The notes beneath the pieces were generated by a model, which did no database searches, was not told the DNA's origin, and saw only the letters and a program-made list of their open reading frames with translations. A DNA stretch of 20,000 nt, taken from contig NC_090604.1 in NCBI RefSeq assembly GCF_000497125.1, positions 176,828-196,827 on the forward strand, given 5' to 3'. The translations under genes were made by a program, and so were the position numbers. Below, piece by piece: positions 16,965 through 20,000 of the stretch. Positions within the stretch are counted from its first letter, which is position 1; each line of letters begins with the position of its first letter. Source of the DNA: Spironucleus salmonicida (Eukaryota).

Positions 16965-18191
16965 TCAGATCTCATTCCTCTGCACGAGGGGGAGCTCGGT
17001 GTGCATTCTCTGCTTCCTGCTGCGCACGGCGAAGGCCACGACACCGATGACCGCGGTCAGGGCGACGACACCGCCGAGGACGGCACCGATGGTGGCGGCC
17101 TGGGAGGCTCTGTTGGCGGGCGCGACGCACTGGTGGGCCTGGAAGAGGTAGCCGGGTCTGCACGCGGCGCAGTAGCGCTCGTCGCAGGACAGGCACCCCT
17201 CGGGGCAGGCGGCGCACTGGCCGGTGGTGGTCTGGCGGAAGCCGACCTCGCACTCGTTGCAGGAGTCGCCGCTCTGGACCTTGCAGTTGGCGATGCCGCC
17301 GGGGACGACTGGTGGAGGCGTGGGAGGGTTCACCGAGCCGCAGGAGCTGGCGTCGGCACAGACCCCGGCTGGGGTGAGGTAGAAGCCGAGCCCGCAACCG
17401 AGGCACTCGGAGGTGCTGCAGATGGCGCAGCCCTCGGCGCAGGGGACGCAGAGCCCGTTGGTGAGGGCGTGACCGGGGTGGCACACGAGGCAGCCGTCGG
17501 CGCCCTCGATCTGACAGGAGTTGGGCTTGGGCACGCATACGTTGTCCTGGACGGCGAGGCCTTCCTTGCACACGACGCACTTTTCTTCGTACTGGAAGTC
17601 GCAGTTGGCGACGGCGGCGAAGCAGTTGCCGCCCTGCTGGACGAAGCCTGGGATGCAAGTGGTGCAGCCGGAGGCATCGGAGGATGCGCAGAGGGAAGGG
17701 TTGGTGACGCAGGTGTTGTTCATGACGGCGAAGCCCTCGCGGCAGTTGACACACTTCTCCTCGTACTGGTAGTCGCAGTTCTTCACGCCGGCGTAGCAGT
17801 TGCCGTTGGTGTTGGAGTAGCCAGGCTTGCAGCTGATGCAGCCCTCGGGGGTGTTGGTCTCGCAGAAGGCGGGGTTGGTGACGCACTTGTTGCCGGCGTT
17901 GGCCATGCCGTCCTTGCACACGACGCACTTCTCCTCGTACTGGAACTCGCAGTTGGCGACAGCCGCGAAGCAGTTGCCGTCCTGTTCGACGTGGCCGGGC
18001 TTGCAGGTGGCGCAGCCGTCGATGCCCTGAACGGAGCAGAGGGCGGGGTTGGTGACGCACTTGTTGTCGGCGACGGCGAAGCCCTCGCGGCAGTTGATGC
18101 AGGTGGCCTCGTACTGGAACTCGCAGTTCTTGATGTTGGGGATGCAGGTGTTGTTCTCGCGGTGGGTGTTGGTCGGGCAGGTCGCGCTCAT
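16965..18191 (-). CDS. CXXC-rich membrane protein, copy 9
   Basis: Intact ORF, same protein as copy 1. Confidence 0.9.
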   Translation of the reverse strand: MSATCPTNTHRENNTCIPNIKNCEFQYEATCINCREGFAVADNKCVTNPALCSVQGIDGCATCKPGHVEQDGNCFAAVANCEFQYEEKCVVCKDGMANAGNKCVTNPAFCETNTPEGCISCKPGYSNTNGNCYAGVKNCDYQYEEKCVNCREGFAVMNNTCVTNPSLCASSDASGCTTCIPGFVQQGGNCFAAVANCDFQYEEKCVVCKEGLAVQDNVCVPKPNSCQIEGADGCLVCHPGHALTNGLCVPCAEGCAICSTSECLGCGLGFYLTPAGVCADASSCGSVNPPTPPPVVPGGIANCKVQSGDSCNECEVGFRQTTTGQCAACPEGCLSCDERYCAACRPGYLFQAHQCVAPANRASQAATIGAVLGGVVALTAVIGVVAFAVRSRKQRMHTELPLVQRNEI

Positions 18192-18375
18192 TGGTAGTGG
18201 AGTGGGCGGGTCGGATCGGGGGTATAATACGGTATTAGGCCGATAATCTATTTCGGGCCGAGTTAGAATAGGTGGAGCGGAGTTGGATTGCCTTGGGTAT
18301 CCGCGCCATCGTGCAGAATACCCGGCCGGGTGGAAGGGCGGACCCATCCCGAGGCGGGCGGTGCGCGAGAAAGAT

Positions 18376-18495
18376 AAAATTCGGCACAGCTCTTTCCCTC
18401 GTAGTCTCCCAGCGAAGTACTCAATACTGCCAGGTCAGGCTTCACTTCACAATTTGGAACAAGATGTGGTGTTTAACTGACTGTATGACCGAATC
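18376..18495 (-). rRNA. 5S rRNA (unit 9)
   Basis: Same sequence as 1607-1726. Confidence 0.93.
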
Positions 18496-18925
18496 GAGAG
18501 TACTGGGACGGCCGGAAAGAAGGGGGCCTCGCGCTGTTACTTTGCGACGCTTCCCGTGAGGCGCTAGCTCGAAGTGGGGCCACGAGATGCTTCAGCTACC
18601 GCCCTGGGAAGCCAAGGTGAACGTGCGTGGCTAAAGGTTGGGACGTACCAAGCCACTACGAAGTGGAGTGAGACAGCATACTTAGGGGAGGCGCTGTGAA
18701 GGCAGATGACGGAGAAGTGACGGCTGCCCTTTCTAGCGTTTGGTTAGCTTGGGTGCATAGCCTCTGCTGGTAGATTTTGTTATAGGTGCAGTTAGTAAAA
18801 GCTAATGCTAGGGCTAGGCAATTATAGAATAAATACTGCCGAAACGTATAAATAAATCATTAGCATAGCTTATCAGCCAGCTAGAGTGGAGGGACGTGAG
18901 GGCGCTATAAATCAAGTAGGGTCAC

Positions 18926-20000
18926 TCAGATCTCATTCCTCTGCACGAGGGGGAGCTCGGTGTGCATTCTCTGCTTCCTGCTGCGCACGGCGAAGGCCAC
19001 GACACCGATGACCGCGGTCAGGGCGACGACACCGCCGAGGACGGCACCGATGGTGGCGGCCTGGGAGGCTCTGTTGCGGGCGCGACGCACTGGTGGGCCT
19101 GGAAGAGGTAGCCGGGTCTGCACGCGGCGCAGTAGCGCTCGTCGCAGGACAGGCACCCCTCGGGGCAGGCGGCGCACTGGCCGGTGGTGGTCTGGCGGAA
19201 GCCGACCTCGCACTCGCTGCAGGAGTCGCCGCTCTGGACCTTGCAGTTGGCGATGCCGCCGGGGACGACTGGTGGAGGCGTGGGAGGGTTCACCGAGCCG
19301 CAGGAGCTGGCGTCGGCACAGACCCCGGCTGGGGTGAGGTAGAAGCCGAGCCCGCAACCGAGGCACTCGGAGGTGCTGCAGATGGCGCAGCCCTCGGCGC
19401 AGGGGACGCAGAGCCCGTTGGTGAGGGCGTGACCGGGGTGGCACACGAGGCAGCCGTCGGCGCCCTCGATCTGACAGGAGTTGGCTTGGGCACGCATACG
19501 TTGTCCTGGACGGCGAGGCCTTCCTTGCACACGACGCACTTTTCTTCGTACTGGAAGTCGCAGTTGGCGACGGCGGCGAAGCAGTTGCCGCCCTGCTGGA
19601 CGAAGCCTGGGATGCAAGTGGTGCAGCCGGAGGCATCGGAGGATGCGCAGAGGGAAGGTTGGTGACGCAGGTGTTGTTCATGACGGCGAAGCCCTCGCGG
19701 CAGTTGACACACTTCTCCTCGTACTGGAAGTCGCAGTTCTTCACGCCGGCGAAGCAGTTGCCGTTGGTGTTGGAGTAGCCAGGCTTGCAGCTGATGCAGC
19801 CCTCGGGGGTGTTGGTCTCGCAGAAGGCGGGGTTGGTGACGCACTTGTTGCCGGCGTTGGCCATGCCGTCCTTGCACACGACGCACTTCTCCTCGTACTG
19901 GAACTCGCAGTTGGCGACAGCCGCGAAGCAGTTGCCGTCCTGTTCGACGTGGCCGGGCTTGCAGGTGGCGCAGCCGTCGATGCCCTGAACGGAGCAGAGG
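18926..20000 (-). CDS. CXXC-rich membrane protein, copy 10; 5' end outside the window; three 1-bp deletions (probable sequencing error, pseudogene not excluded)
   Basis: Near-identical to the other copies but missing a single G from short G runs near 19076, 19484 and 19658 (+ strand), which splits the ORF over three frames. Confidence 0.7.
   Translation of the reverse strand, partial: LCSVQGIDGCATCKPGHVEQDGNCFAAVANCEFQYEEKCVVCKDGMANAGNKCVTNPAFCETNTPEGCISCKPGYSNTNGNCFAGVKNCDFQYEEKCVNCREGFAVMNNTCVTNLPSAHPPMPPAAPLASQASSSRAATASPPSPTATSSTKKSASCARKASPSRTTYACPSQLLSDRGRRRLPRVPPRSRPHQRALRPLRRGLRHLQHLRVPRLRARLLPHPSRGLCRRQLLRLGEPSHASTSRPRRHRQLQGPERRLLQRVRGRLPPDHHRPVRRLPRGVPVLRRALLRRVQTRLPLPGPPVRRARNRASQAATIGAVLGGVVALTAVIGVVAFAVRSRKQRMHTELPLVQRNEI

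Larger units (their letters stand above)
1..20000 (-). repeat. Head-to-tail tandem array of [1-3 x 5S rRNA + CXXC-rich membrane protein gene + spacer] units filling the window
   Basis: Stop codons of the repeated CDS fall at 196, 2585, 4548, 6724, 8900, 11076, 13039, 15002, 16965 and 18926. Spacings are 2389, 1963, 2176, 2176, 2176, 1963, 1963, 1963 and 1961, i.e. 1750 + 213n, with the last unit 2 bp short from indels. Units differ only by scattered SNPs. Confidence 0.98.

Overview
The whole window is a eukaryotic (protist-type) head-to-tail tandem array, with every gene on the minus strand. Each unit carries one gene for a 408-aa CXXC-rich, C-terminally anchored membrane protein with VSP/HCMP/CRMP-like architecture: nine complete, near-identical copies plus a tenth that is truncated by the window edge and carries indels. 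About 185 bp upstream of each protein gene, on the same strand, lie 1-3 copies of a divergent but fully foldable 5S rRNA gene, 14 in total, which the ORF track does not show. Unit length is 1750 + 213 x n bp, with n = 3,1,2,2,2,1,1,1,1 5S copies. Adjacent 5S copies are joined by a 48-bp G-rich linker that is absent from the rest of the unit, so the structure reads as a 213-bp 5S rDNA array in which most spacers have been replaced by a ~1.8-kb surface-protein cassette. Other observations: out-of-register gene conversion between internal protein repeats, two 5S point variants at functional positions, a prokaryote-length loop C in the 5S, and no signal peptide on the protein. A diplomonad/metamonad-like source is an inference only.
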